From contig CAWFTI010000001.1 in the NCBI GenBank assembly GCA_963818745.1, positions 47,345 to 111,344 on the forward strand: a stretch of DNA of 64,000 nucleotides, given 5' to 3'. Source of the stretch: Thermoplasmatota archaeon. Its GTDB lineage: Archaea; Thermoplasmatota; Thermoplasmata; UBA10834. The position numbers and the translations under genes are program-made. Under the pieces are notes generated by a model that had not been told where the DNA came from, searched no databases, and was given only the letters and a program-made list of their open reading frames with translations. Shown piece after piece: positions 19,698 through 29,492 of this stretch. Position 1 is the stretch's first letter. Each line of letters opens with the position of its first letter.

Positions 19698-20260
19698 TCA
19701 CATCAGTCGGGGCAGCTCCTTGATGAACAGGTCCATCGCCTTGCCCCTGTGCGATATCCTGTTCTTCTCGCCGATCTCGATCTGGGCGAAGGTCTTCGAG
19801 TATCCTTCAGGGATGAATATCGGGTCGTACCCGAACCCGCCGGAGCCGGCCTTCTCAGCGGCTATCGAACCGACGGAGACGCCCTTCGTCATGTGAGGCT
19901 TCTCTGCCTGGCGCCATGAAGCCGATGCAGCACTCGAACCTGGCCGACCGGTGCTCCAGCGCCCTGCATGAGCCTCAGGATCCCGTCGCAACCGACCGTC
20001 TTGAAGACGTAGGAGGAGTACACCCCGGGGAACCCTTTGAGAGCGTCTATGAACAACCCGGAATCGTCGATGAACAGCGGCCGGTCGTGCCGTTCCATGA
20101 GCCACTCGAGCCCCGGGACGATGGTCTCCTCGAGCGTGTCCGCCTGGATCTCCGGATACGTGGTCTTGATGCGCTCGATCTCGTACCCGTGCTCCTTCAT
20201 CTGCTGGGAGATCTCCCTGAACTTCCCGTCGTTGCTCGTGGCGAAGGCTATTCTTTTCGT
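19698..20260 (-). CDS. rdgB: non-canonical purine NTP pyrophosphatase, RdgB/HAM1 (two frameshifts; ACG at the expected start)
   Basis: FATSNDGKFRE, YPEIQAD, DDSGLFIDALKGFPGVYS, GFGYDPIFIP, EKNRISHRGKA. Confidence 0.93.
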
Positions 20261-20872
20261 GTGTACCGCCCCCTCTTCTCGATCTCCTTGACCTTCCTGA
20301 GCACCTCGGCATCCCCCGGGGTTGTGCCTCACATAGGAGTCCTTGACCACGTCGTACAGCCCGCTCCTGGCATGATGCGCGGAATGGAACGCCTCCTCGA
20401 GCAGGTGCATGTCGACCCCTTTGTCCTCCGTCTCCGAGGTCTTCTGGCCGAGGGAGAAGTCTATGAGGACTATCCTGTCCCCCTCCAGCAGCATGTTGCT
20501 CGTCGTGAGGTCGCCGTGGACGATGTCGTTCGCGTGCAGCTTCGCGGCGATCTCGCCGATCTTCTCGCACACGACCTTGGCCTTGTCGTCCGGAAGGTCC
20601 AGGAGCGCGTCCTTGACGCGGACGCCCTTGATCTCCTCCATCACGATCCTGTTCTCCGGGAGGTCGACCGAGTATATCACGGGGACCGCTATGCCCGCCC
20701 TGCGCGCCTCGAGCATGAGCCGGACCTCGTTCTTGATCCTGAACGTCTGGAGCGACCGGTCCAACGACGGATGCCTGTAGCCCTTGACGACGCGCTGCTT
20801 GTGCACGACCTCTCGGCCCATCCAAGTGGCCGAGTCGAGCCTGGCCTCCGCGCCTACCCTGTGGACCGTCAC
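20248..20872 (-). CDS. bud32: KEOPS complex kinase Bud32 (frameshift ~20315)
   Basis: GAEA, KQRVVKGYRHPSLD, EARRAGIAVP, HGDLTTSNM, LIDFSLG, EDKGVDMHLL; C-terminal EIEKRGRY in the shifted frame. Confidence 0.93.
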
Positions 20873-20968
20873 ACCAGCCGCAAAGGGCTCCGCGATAATA
20901 AGATTGTCTGAGGGAGGCTCCTGACATGTACTCAAAACGCTTATCATCAACCAGCCCGATTGTGGCAT

Positions 20969-21634
20969 GTGCCCCACTTGGCCATAGGCTCCACGGCATT
21001 GGACGAACTCCTAGAGGGAGGGCTCGAGGGAGGCGCGATCACGCTCCTGTTCGGCGAGGCGGGGACGGGCAAGACGAACATATGCCTGCAGGTCTCGAGG
21101 AACGTCGCCTTGGCGGGCAAGAAGGTCGTATACATCGACACGGAAGGGGTCTCGCTGGAGCGGCTCAAGCAGATGGCCGGGGACAGGTACGAGGACGTCA
21201 TGAAGAATGTGCTGTTCTTCGAGCCGCACTCGTTCGATGAGCAGGAGAAGTTCGTCGATAAGGCCGTGAGGCTCGCCGAGAGCTCGCTCGAGGTGGGCGT
21301 GATCATACTCGATTCAGCAACGATACACTACAGGCTCACGAGGAACGACGAGGAGAAGGGCATCAGGAAGTCCCTGAGCCCACAGCTCGCGAAGCTGCTC
21401 GGGGTCGCGAGGAGCAAGGACATCCCGATCCTCCTGACCTCGCAGGTCTACACGGACATCGAGAAGGGCACCTTCGAGCCTCTGGGCGGGCACGTGCTCC
21501 TCCACAACGCGAAGGCGATCATCAGGCTCGACAAGGTGGGCTCGAGCTCGAGGAGGGCCGTCATAATCAAGCACCGGCACCTCGAGGAGGGCCGGAGGGC
21601 GGACTTCAAGCTGACGAAGTCGGGCGTGACCTAG
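20969..21634 (+). CDS. radB: DNA repair and recombination protein RadB
   Basis: LDELLEGG, GEAGTGKT, YIDTEG.S.ER, TSQVY, IKHR motif. Confidence 0.93.
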   Translation: MPHLAIGSTALDELLEGGLEGGAITLLFGEAGTGKTNICLQVSRNVALAGKKVVYIDTEGVSLERLKQMAGDRYEDVMKNVLFFEPHSFDEQEKFVDKAVRLAESSLEVGVIILDSATIHYRLTRNDEEKGIRKSLSPQLAKLLGVARSKDIPILLTSQVYTDIEKGTFEPLGGHVLLHNAKAIIRLDKVGSSSRRAVIIKHRHLEEGRRADFKLTKSGVT

Positions 21635-22615
21635 GTCTTCCTTGTGACCATGTAGTCCGCGAAGGCCTTCAGGGCTTCCTTGTGGCTCGAGTCCTTGAGG
21701 ACGCTCAGGCGGTCCTTCGCCTTGGCCACGAACTCCGCGGCCACCCGGTCCGCGTGGTCTATCGCGCCTATGTCCTCGAGCAACTGCCTTCGCAGCGACC
21801 AGCTCCTTCTCTGAAGCGTCCTTCTTCCCCAGGACCGCGAGGAACTCGCTGCGCTTCCTGCCCTTGAGCTCCTCGAGCGCCTTGACGACTATGAGCGTCT
21901 TCTTGCCGTTCCTGATGTCGTTCAGGACCGGCTTCCCGAACGCCTCCTGGGTGGACCTGAGGTCGAGCACATCGTCCCATATCTGGAACCCGAGGCCGAT
22001 CAGCCTGCCGTACTCGAACAGCGCCTCCTGCTGTGCCTCCGTCCCTCCGCCGACGATCGCGCCTCCCTGGGCGGCGGCGGAGTACAGGACGGCGGTCTTG
22101 CGTTCGATCATCTTGAGGTACTCGTCCGCGGCGACGGTCTTCTTCTTCTCGAAGTCCATGTCCATCTGCTGGCCCTCGGCCAGCAGCCTGACCGAGCGCG
22201 CGAGTATGTCCACGAGCGCGACCGCGCTCGCGTCGTCGACGTCCGACTCGAGCACTATCTCGAACGCGCGCGCGAACATGGCGTCGCCCGCGAGGATCGC
22301 CATCGGTATGCCGTAGGCCGCGTGCACGGTCTTGATGCCGCGCCTCGTGTCGTCCTCGTCCATGACGTCGTCATGGACCAGCGTGAAGTTGTGCACCATC
22401 TCGAGCGCGACCCCGAAAGGCATCGCGGCATCGGCCTTGCCTCCGACCGCCTCGGACACGATGCTCGCGAGGAGGGGCCTGAGCCGCTTGCCCCCTGCCG
22501 CAGGATAGTGCACCATCGCCGCCTTGAGGTTCTTGTCATCCATCACGTCGAGGGAGCCGACCAGCCTGGCGTTGATCCTCTTCACTCTGTCCTTGTAGTC
22601 CTCTGGAAACGCCAA
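21631..22615 (-). CDS. idsA: geranylgeranyl diphosphate synthase (frameshift ~21780)
   Basis: GGKRLRP, HNFTLVHDDVMDEDDTRRG, ILAGD, EGQQMD, FQIWDDVLD. Confidence 0.93.
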
Positions 22616-22620
22616 CGGGA

Positions 22621-23706
22621 TCACTCCATGAGATTGTCCAGCCACTCGCGCGTGCGCCCCACTATGAGGGCGTTCGCGGCCGCGAGCTCCGCGAGGTCCT
22701 TGGCACCCACCAGGAACATCGCCGCCTTGAGCTCGTCTATGATGGTCCTGACCTCCAGCGAGAGGGCGTCCTCGCCCTCGAGCGCCGCGGGGAGCAGCCT
22801 GCCGGCCATGCCGCCGCACGATGCGCCTATGCTTATCGCCCTCGCGACATCCAGGCCCGACCTGAGGCCCCCGGTCGCGATGATCGGGAGGCCCACGTTC
22901 GCGACGACCGTCGACACGGGCGTCGGGATGCCCCAGTCCCAGAAGGTCTGCCCGATGTTCGCCCTGGTGGCGTCCCCGACGGACCTCGCGCGGAAGTACT
23001 CCACCGCTGAGAAGCTGGTGCCTCCGAGGCCTCCGACGTCCAGCCCCAGGACCTTCGCCTTCTTCAGCCTGAGCGCGGCCTCTCTCGAGACGCCCGCGCC
23101 GGTCTCCTTGGCGATCACGGGCAGCTCGGACGCGAGCTTCCCGATCGCCTTGGCGCCGCCCTTGGCGTTGGTGTCGCCCTCGGGCTGCACGACCTCCTGA
23201 AGGTAGTTGAGGTGGATTGCGAGCACATGGGCGTCGATCATGTCCATCGCCGCCCTGCCGTCGTCGACCGTCAGCGGGGCCCTGAGCCCCTGCGGGACCA
23301 GCTGGGGCAGGCCCAGGTTGCCTATCCTGAGGGGTATCTCGAACTCCTTGATGACCGAGTATGTCTCCGCGAGCTCCGGGTTCTCGAGGGCCGCCCTCTG
23401 GCTGCCCACGCCCAGCCCGATGCCGAACTTCTCGGCGACGGCCGCGAGGCTCCTGTTGATGTCCCTCGCCTTGCCGTACCCGCCCGTCATCGCGGAGATG
23501 ATGATCGGCGCGCTCAGCCTGCGCCCGAAGAGAGTGATGGACACGTCGATGTCGTCGAGGTCGATCTCGGGAAGGGCGTCGTGGACGAGCCTGACGTCGT
23601 CCCAGTAGACGTACGATGTGCCCAGGTCCTCGTTGGCGCAGATCTCGACGTGGTCGGACTTCCTTCTCTCGATGAGCCTCTCCGGCGTCCCGCCCTCGTT
23701 CGGCAT
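22621..23706 (-). CDS. fni: type 2 isopentenyl-diphosphate delta-isomerase
   Basis: RKSDHV, ISAMTGG, GVGSQRAAL, HLNYLQEVVQPEGD, KETGAG, GGTSFSAVE, WGIPT. Confidence 0.96.
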   Translation of the reverse strand: MPNEGGTPERLIERRKSDHVEICANEDLGTSYVYWDDVRLVHDALPEIDLDDIDVSITLFGRRLSAPIIISAMTGGYGKARDINRSLAAVAEKFGIGLGVGSQRAALENPELAETYSVIKEFEIPLRIGNLGLPQLVPQGLRAPLTVDDGRAAMDMIDAHVLAIHLNYLQEVVQPEGDTNAKGGAKAIGKLASELPVIAKETGAGVSREAALRLKKAKVLGLDVGGLGGTSFSAVEYFRARSVGDATRANIGQTFWDWGIPTPVSTVVANVGLPIIATGGLRSGLDVARAISIGASCGGMAGRLLPAALEGEDALSLEVRTIIDELKAAMFLVGAKDLAELAAANALIVGRTREWLDNLME

Positions 23707-23714
23707 CAGCACAC

Positions 23715-24491
23715 CTACCTCGGAAGGACGGTGGTCGACACGACCTCCCGTCCCTTCACGGCCTTCTCCAGCCTTCCTGGCACATTGCCGTTCAGTATCA
23801 TACACTTTTCGCAGTGCTCGGAGATGGCCAGCATCCTCTCCAGCTTGCCGAATATGCTGCCCGTGACATCGTCGTTCACTGACTCCGAGCGCCTGATGGC
23901 CTCGAGCTTCAGGGAGTCTATCTCCGGGACCAGCTCCGCGTCCGGGTTCGTCTTCGGGTCGCTGTCGTACACCCCGTCGACGTCCGCGCAGAATATCACG
24001 AGCTCCGGCCTGAAGGCCTTCGCGAGCTCGGCCATCATGAGGTCGCCCGAGCAGATCGAGAACCCGATGCCTTCGTCGGGCACGACGTCGCCGAACGTGA
24101 CCGGGACGAGGCCTATCCCCAGCTGGCTCTCGAACGGATACGGGGAGAAGGACTTGACCCTGCCATCCTTGAACACGCCCGCAGCGGCCGGGGGCACGGA
24201 GACAGCGTTGATGCCGTTGTCTATGAGCGCCTCGAGCACCTTGAGGTTGAGCTCCCTCACATCCTTCTGCACCGCCGCCACGTGCTCGAGCTGGGACTCG
24301 CTGCTGAACCCCTTGTGGAGCTCGTGCTTCTTCGCGACTATGTGCCCGAACGAGCCCGCGCCGTGCACGACCGCGAGAGAGTCCTTGGCCGGCCTCAGCT
24401 CCTTCGCGAGCCTTCGGCATTCGGCCTCCCTGAAGGTCCGGAGGCGGGACTTGTCCGTGATGACGCTCCCGCCGAGCTTGACTAGTATCAT
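23715..24491 (-). CDS. ipk: isopentenyl phosphate kinase
   Basis: MILVKLGGSVITDK, VHGAGSFGH, SGD, DVDGVY, DVTG.I.GK; operon with fni and idsA. Confidence 0.93.
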   Translation of the reverse strand: MILVKLGGSVITDKSRLRTFREAECRRLAKELRPAKDSLAVVHGAGSFGHIVAKKHELHKGFSSESQLEHVAAVQKDVRELNLKVLEALIDNGINAVSVPPAAAGVFKDGRVKSFSPYPFESQLGIGLVPVTFGDVVPDEGIGFSICSGDLMMAELAKAFRPELVIFCADVDGVYDSDPKTNPDAELVPEIDSLKLEAIRRSESVNDDVTGSIFGKLERMLAISEHCEKCMILNGNVPGRLEKAVKGREVVSTTVLPR

Positions 24492-24615
24492 GCGATCAGC
24501 AAACCTCTGGTCTTCCTCGCGATACGCATATCCCATCATAAAACCGTCGAGCGCGGGCTAAGAGGTGCTCTGACATCATCTCTGCTACGGTCGAACCACG
24601 ACCTTCGCCAGCAGG

Positions 24616-24888
24616 TCATCTGCTCATATAGATCTCGACAGAGGAGACGTTCGCGCTGCCGCCTTCCAGGCCGGGAAGGGACTCGGTGGCGATCTTGACA
24701 TCCTTGTACGCGAGATCCCTGACGAAACGGTTCCTCACGATCTCCGCGACGTCCACGGCCCTGCTTATCGCACGGCCCCTGGCCTTGATGCAGACGTTGT
24801 CGCAACCCCCGTTCAGCTGGGACACGACCGCGAGGACATAGTTCATGGTGGCCTTCTTTCCGATGTAGATAGTGCTCTCCTCAGCCAT
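24616..24888 (-). CDS. albA: DNA/RNA-binding protein Alba
   Basis: [37 protein letters not shown]. Confidence 0.95.
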   Translation of the reverse strand: MAEESTIYIGKKATMNYVLAVVSQLNGGCDNVCIKARGRAISRAVDVAEIVRNRFVRDLAYKDVKIATESLPGLEGGSANVSSVEIYMSR

Positions 24889-25042
24889 GGGTTCCTCCGA
24901 ATAACCCCGTTATTCAGAGCCCACTCCTCGCTATAAATAATTATTCTCCGGCCATTGACGAAGCAGCCCCTCAGACCACGTAGCGCGCCCGTCCCCGACC
25001 TACCAACCTTGAAATAATGCACCAGCCCTTGCGAGAAGAGAC

Positions 25043-25856
25043 ATGCGCGCGCTGGACAGGAAGATGGAGAGGCTGAGGGGGATCATCGGATCCATGGGCT
25101 CCGCAGCCGTGGCGTTCTCCGGGGGAACCGACTCGACCCTCGTCGCCAAGGTCGCGCGGCAGGAGCTGGGGAGCAAATCGCTCGCGGTCACCATCGCCTC
25201 TCCGCTGTTCCCTGCATCCGAGCTCGCGCAGGCGAAGGCCGTCGCGAGAGAGGATCGGGATAGAGCACATCGTCCTCAGGCTCGACCCTCTCACGGAGAA
25301 GAGCTTCGTCGCGAACCGACCCGACAGATGCTACCTGTGCAAGCTCGGAGACTTCAGGGAGATCATCGCGGTCGCGAAGGAGCGAGGGTTCGATAATGTC
25401 GTGGACGGCTCGAACGTGGACGACTCCGAGGACTTCCGTCCGGGCGCGAAGGCCAAGGAAGAGCTTGGCGTGAGGAGCCCGCTCGCCGAGGCCGGGATGA
25501 CAAAGGCGGATGTCAGGGCGGCCTCGAAGCTGCTGGGCCTTCCCACATCGACCAAGGGCTCGAGCCCGTGCCTCGCCTCGAGGATACCGTACGGCGAGGA
25601 GATCACGAAGGACAAGCTCAGGATGGTCGAGGAGGCGGAGGACTTCCTCAAGGGCCTCGGGTTCCGGGATGTCCGCGTGCGCGTTCACGGGAACATCGCC
25701 AGGATAGAGGTGTCACCGGGCCAGCTTAAGAGGCTGTCGTCAGACCCCGTCAGGGCGAAGACGGCGAGGAAGCTCAAGGCGCTCGGGTTCGCATATGTCA
25801 CTCTGGACATGGAAGGATACCGGATGGGTAGCCTGAACGAGGTGTTGCGCGCATGA
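25043..25856 (+). CDS. larE: ATP-dependent sulfur transferase LarE (frameshift ~25250)
   Basis: VAFSGGTDS, RCYLCK, DGSNVDD..DFRPG, CLASRIPYG, VRVR.H, GYRMGSLN. Confidence 0.92.
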
Positions 25857-26611
25857 ACCGGAAGAAGATGGAGAAGATACTGTCTCAGCTTAGCAAGGGC
25901 GACCTCTCCGTGGCCGAGACCATGGAGATGCTCAGGATACTCCCGTACGAGGACATCGATTTCGCAAAGCTCGACCACCACCGGGAACTCCGGAAGGGGA
26001 TCCCCGAGGTGGTCTACTCCCCCGGGAAGACGGACGCTCAGATCGTCGAGATCGCCTCCAGGACCTTGGCCCGCAAGGGCGAGGTCGTGTTCACGCGCAT
26101 GAGCGAGAAGACCCACGGAAGGCTGGAGAAGAAGTTCGGGAAGAATGTGCGCTGGTACCCCGAGGCGCGGATCGCGGCCGTGGGCCTGGAGGAGAAGGAC
26201 CGCGCGGGCAGGATCCTTGTCGTCACAGCGGGCACATCCGACATACCGGTGGCCGAGGAGGCCGCGGTCACGGCCGAGCTCTTGGGGTGCGAGGTCGAGA
26301 GGCTGTACGACGTCGGCGTCGCCGGGATGCACAGGCTCACATCGAACCTGAAGCAGTTCGACAGGGCAGATGTCATAATCGTCCTCGCCGGGATGGAGGG
26401 CGCCCTGCCGAGCGTGGTCGCGGGCCTCACGAGCAAGCCCGTCGTGGCGGTCCCGACCAGCGTCGGCTACGGCGCGAGCTTCAGCGGCCTCGCCGCGCTC
26501 CTGGGCATGCTCTCGAGCTGCTCGAGCGGCATAGGCGTGGTCAACATAGACAACGGCTTCGGAGCGGGCGCGCTCGCAGCGGTGATCGTCAAGAACAAGT
26601 ACGGCCCCTAG
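25853..26611 (+). CDS. larB: nickel pincer cofactor biosynthesis protein LarB
   Basis: FAKLDHHRELRKGIPEVVY..GKT, AGTSDIPVAEEA, DVGVAGMHRL, AGMEGALPSV, VNIDNGFGA. Confidence 0.95.
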   Translation: MNRKKMEKILSQLSKGDLSVAETMEMLRILPYEDIDFAKLDHHRELRKGIPEVVYSPGKTDAQIVEIASRTLARKGEVVFTRMSEKTHGRLEKKFGKNVRWYPEARIAAVGLEEKDRAGRILVVTAGTSDIPVAEEAAVTAELLGCEVERLYDVGVAGMHRLTSNLKQFDRADVIIVLAGMEGALPSVVAGLTSKPVVAVPTSVGYGASFSGLAALLGMLSSCSSGIGVVNIDNGFGAGALAAVIVKNKYGP

Positions 26612-27538
26612 GGTATCTTGGTCCCGCACTTCCTGCAGAAGGAGTCCTCGCCCCTGGGCTTCGTGCCGCAGGACGGGCACTTCCTCTCCTTCGGGACCTT
26701 CGTGCCGCACTTGGAGCAGAACACGTCGTCCAGGTCGAGCATCGAGCCGCACACGCGGCACTCGGGGGCACCCAGAGGGCCTCTCTCGGCCTCGGGCTCC
26801 TCGGTCTCCTGCTCCGGCATCTCCTCGATCCCTTCATCCCTGGCCTTGAGGGGTATGGTCTCCCTGGAGGCCTCCTCGCTCAGGCCCTTCCTGGCCCTGA
26901 GCGCGAGCGACAGGGCCTTGGAGTAGTTGCCAGCGTCGAACTCGTTCTGTGACTGCGCCACCAGGCTCTTCGGCACGGACACGTCCGTGCCCCTGTCCGA
27001 GGCCGCCGCGAGCTCCGACTTCGCGGTGCTCAGCTCGAACTTGGCGCTCAGGTAGTTGGGGCCGCTCTCCGAGGGCAGCTTCGTCCCCGAGTACGAGTCA
27101 CCTGAAGGCGGGGGCGGGACCCTCGGCGTCGACACTATGTTCTCCGCGACATCCTCGAGCCTGCGTCTGGCGTCATCATCCCCGCGCAGCGTGCGCGTGG
27201 CGACCGGAAGACGCTGCGGGCTTCCTGACCTTCGTGAGCTCGTCCTTCGCCTTGTCGCAGAGATCCGCGGTCCTGTCGTAGTTCCCGTCGCTCATCGCGT
27301 CCTTCGCCGGCTTCAGGATGCTCTGGGCAGAGCTGACGTCCACGCCCTGGCGCTGGAGGGCGTTCATGACGGAGCGAACCGTGAGGATCTGGTTGTACGC
27401 CTCGTCCCTGCGCATGCTGGCCACTCTGACCTCCTTGCTCTTGCCCTTCATCACCCTGAACTCAAAATACAGGACGATGAACATCAGCACCGCCAGGATG
27501 CTGATAAGCATGTACTTCTCGTTCTCTGTGAGAGCCAA
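26608..27538 (-). CDS. membrane-anchored protein with helical repeats and C-terminal double zinc ribbon (frameshift ~27180)
   Basis: N-terminal TM; two similar blocks (QGVDVSSAQS..MSDGNY / RGTDVSVPKS..FDAGNY); CRVCG..FCSKCG..CPSCG..FCRKCG. Confidence 0.75.
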
Positions 27539-27634
27539 GGAAGGCCAGCTCCAGCTCGATTAGCTATCTGTGTTCTTATAAACCCTTCCTCCAGAAAACC
27601 GACGCTGCAGAACGAAGGTGAGAAAATGAGTGGC

Positions 27635-27848
27635 TGACGGCTTTCCACAACCCTAGCGGGTTCAAACGATACGGTTCACCCTGTACCCGAAGGTACCTGG
27701 CTAGCGTATCTAGCCGCTAGGACCGAGACGCCTCAAGGGCGTTAGGCTTCCCGAGGGCTCGCGCACCTCAGTACCGCAGATAACGTAGGCGGGCTTAACT
27801 TCTGGGTTCGGAAAGGGACCAGGTGTAACCCCGCCACTATGGCCGTCA
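27635..27848 (-). rRNA. rrf: 5S ribosomal RNA, ~214 nt, with a ~98-nt internal insertion
   Basis: UGACGGCCAUAGUGGCGGGGUUACACCUGGUCCCUUUCCGAACCCAGAAGUUAAGCCCGCC...GUACUGAGGUGCGCGAGCCCUCGGGAA is canonical archaeal 5S. The helix-I partner GCCGUCA appears only ~100 nt later than normal (27641-27635). Confidence 0.95.
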
Positions 27849-27880
27849 AACCGCTCGAGTCCAGTCTAATAACGATGTCC

Positions 27881-27888
27881 TATATAAG
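27881..27888 (-). promoter_or_regulatory. TATA box of the 5S rRNA gene
   Basis: CTTATATA on the minus strand ~33 nt upstream of the 5S 5' end. Confidence 0.6.
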
Positions 27889-27974
27889 CGTTGTCCACCA
27901 GGTCACGAAGACTATGCCAGTAGTAGTAGGGCATTGTTTGATTACGCCCATCCGCCTTCCCGAAAACGCTTGGC

Positions 27975-28712
27975 ATGAGGAAGATCCTAGGCATCACATT
28001 CGACCTCTGGGACACATTGATCAAGGAGCTCCCGGGGAACTCCGAGAAGGTCGCGCGCATCCGGATCGACAGGATGTCCGACGTGCTGGACAGGGGAGGG
28101 CACGCGCACTCGCGCGAGGAGCTCGAGGAGGCGTACGACAAGCTCGGCATGTTCCTCGACTTCACATGGGCGAAGATGAGGGACATGCCCGTCAGGGACC
28201 ATGTGCTCTTCATGCTGAACTGCGTCGAGTGCAGGCTCGCGAGCAGGCTCGCGCCCGAGGACTTCGCGGCCATCGAGAAGATCTACGCCGACAGCATCCT
28301 GGAATCCCCGCCCGCGCTGCTCCCGAAGGTGAGGGAGACGCTCGCGGCCGTCAGGGAGAAGGGGTACAGGGTCGGCCTCATATCCAACACCGGCAAGACG
28401 CCCGGGTCCACCCTTAGGGTCGTCATGGAGGACCTGGGCGTGCTGCAGTACTTCGGCGTGACCACTTTCTCGAACGAGATACTCGTGAGGAAGCCGGCCG
28501 AGGGTGCGTTCAAGGTCACGCTCGAGTCGATGAAGCTCCTCCCCCGGGCGGCGGTCCACATAGGGGACGACCCCGAGAAGGACGTGGAGGCCGCGAGGAA
28601 CGCTGGCATGCACGCCATCCAGACCCTGACCACGGGCGCGAGGAGGGCGGATTCTGCGGACGGATACGTCACCGACCTCGACCAGGTGCTCGAGGCGATC
28701 GAGAGGCTCTAG
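27975..28712 (+). CDS. HAD-superfamily hydrolase
   Basis: ITFDLWDTL, LISNT, RKP, VHIGDD..KDV.AA..AGM. Confidence 0.9.
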   Translation: MRKILGITFDLWDTLIKELPGNSEKVARIRIDRMSDVLDRGGHAHSREELEEAYDKLGMFLDFTWAKMRDMPVRDHVLFMLNCVECRLASRLAPEDFAAIEKIYADSILESPPALLPKVRETLAAVREKGYRVGLISNTGKTPGSTLRVVMEDLGVLQYFGVTTFSNEILVRKPAEGAFKVTLESMKLLPRAAVHIGDDPEKDVEAARNAGMHAIQTLTTGARRADSADGYVTDLDQVLEAIERL

Positions 28713-28757
28713 AGGCCAGCAAAGCTTATCGACGTTCAAGCTCTTCGACCCACTGAA

Positions 28758-29490
28758 ATGGCTCCCGACGCGTTCGGAAAGGCGTTCCTCGCATACTTCG
28801 AGGGCAAGAAGCCGGACATGGTCATCGAGCGCGAGGACGGGTACCTCGACTCCGACGACATGGGGTCGTACTTCTGCGAGTACAAGGACTTCCCCGAGTG
28901 CGAGAAGAGGGCGCTCGAGCACGCGAAGGGTAGGGTCCTGGACATAGGGATGGGGGCGGGCAGGATAGCGGTCCACCTGCAGGACAAGGGGCACGAGGTG
29001 GTCGGTATAGACCTGTCCCGGATCGCGCTCGACGTCGCAGCGAAGAGAGGGGTCCGCGAAGGCCTGATGATGTCGGCTTGCGACCTCGAGTTCGAGGACG
29101 GAAGATTCGACACGGCGATAGCCTTCGGGAACAACTTCGGCCTCTGCGGCACCCCCACAGGGGTCATCGGCATGCTCGTCCGGCTCCGGAAGATCCTCTC
29201 CGACGACGGAGTCATGCTCGCAGAGTCCATCAACCCAGTCGCGACGAACAACCCGGACCACCTCAGATACCAGAAGGAGAAACGTGGACAGGGGGAGGAT
29301 GCCCGGGCAGATCACCATCCGGTTCAAGTTCGACAGCCTCGTGAGCGGGTGGTTCGACCTGCTGATAGTGACCCCGGGGCAGATGGAGGAGCTGTGCGCG
29401 AAGGCCGGCTGGAAGGTCGAGGCGACCTACCCCTCAGGCCCGGACCTGTCGAAGGCCAACATATACACCGCTGTTCTGAAGAAGGCCTGA
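28758..29490 (+). CDS. class I SAM-dependent methyltransferase (frameshift ~29290)
   Basis: RVLDIGMGAGR, VVGIDLS, FDTAIAFGNNFGLCG; C-terminus in ORF 29284..29490. Confidence 0.85.
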
Positions 29491-29492
29491 GG

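Noticed and set aside
19889-20977. 362-aa Bud32-RdgB fusion ORF in the track
   Set aside because: The conserved Bud32 C-terminus (EIEKRGRY) lies in another frame, so this read-through results from an indel near 20315.
27650-27747. 5S insert as a tRNA or a bulge-helix-bulge intron
   Set aside because: It is cloverleaf-like but lacks a T-loop (TTCRA), D-loop GG and a 7-nt anticodon loop, and I could not build a convincing BHB at the junctions. Excision is not fully excluded.
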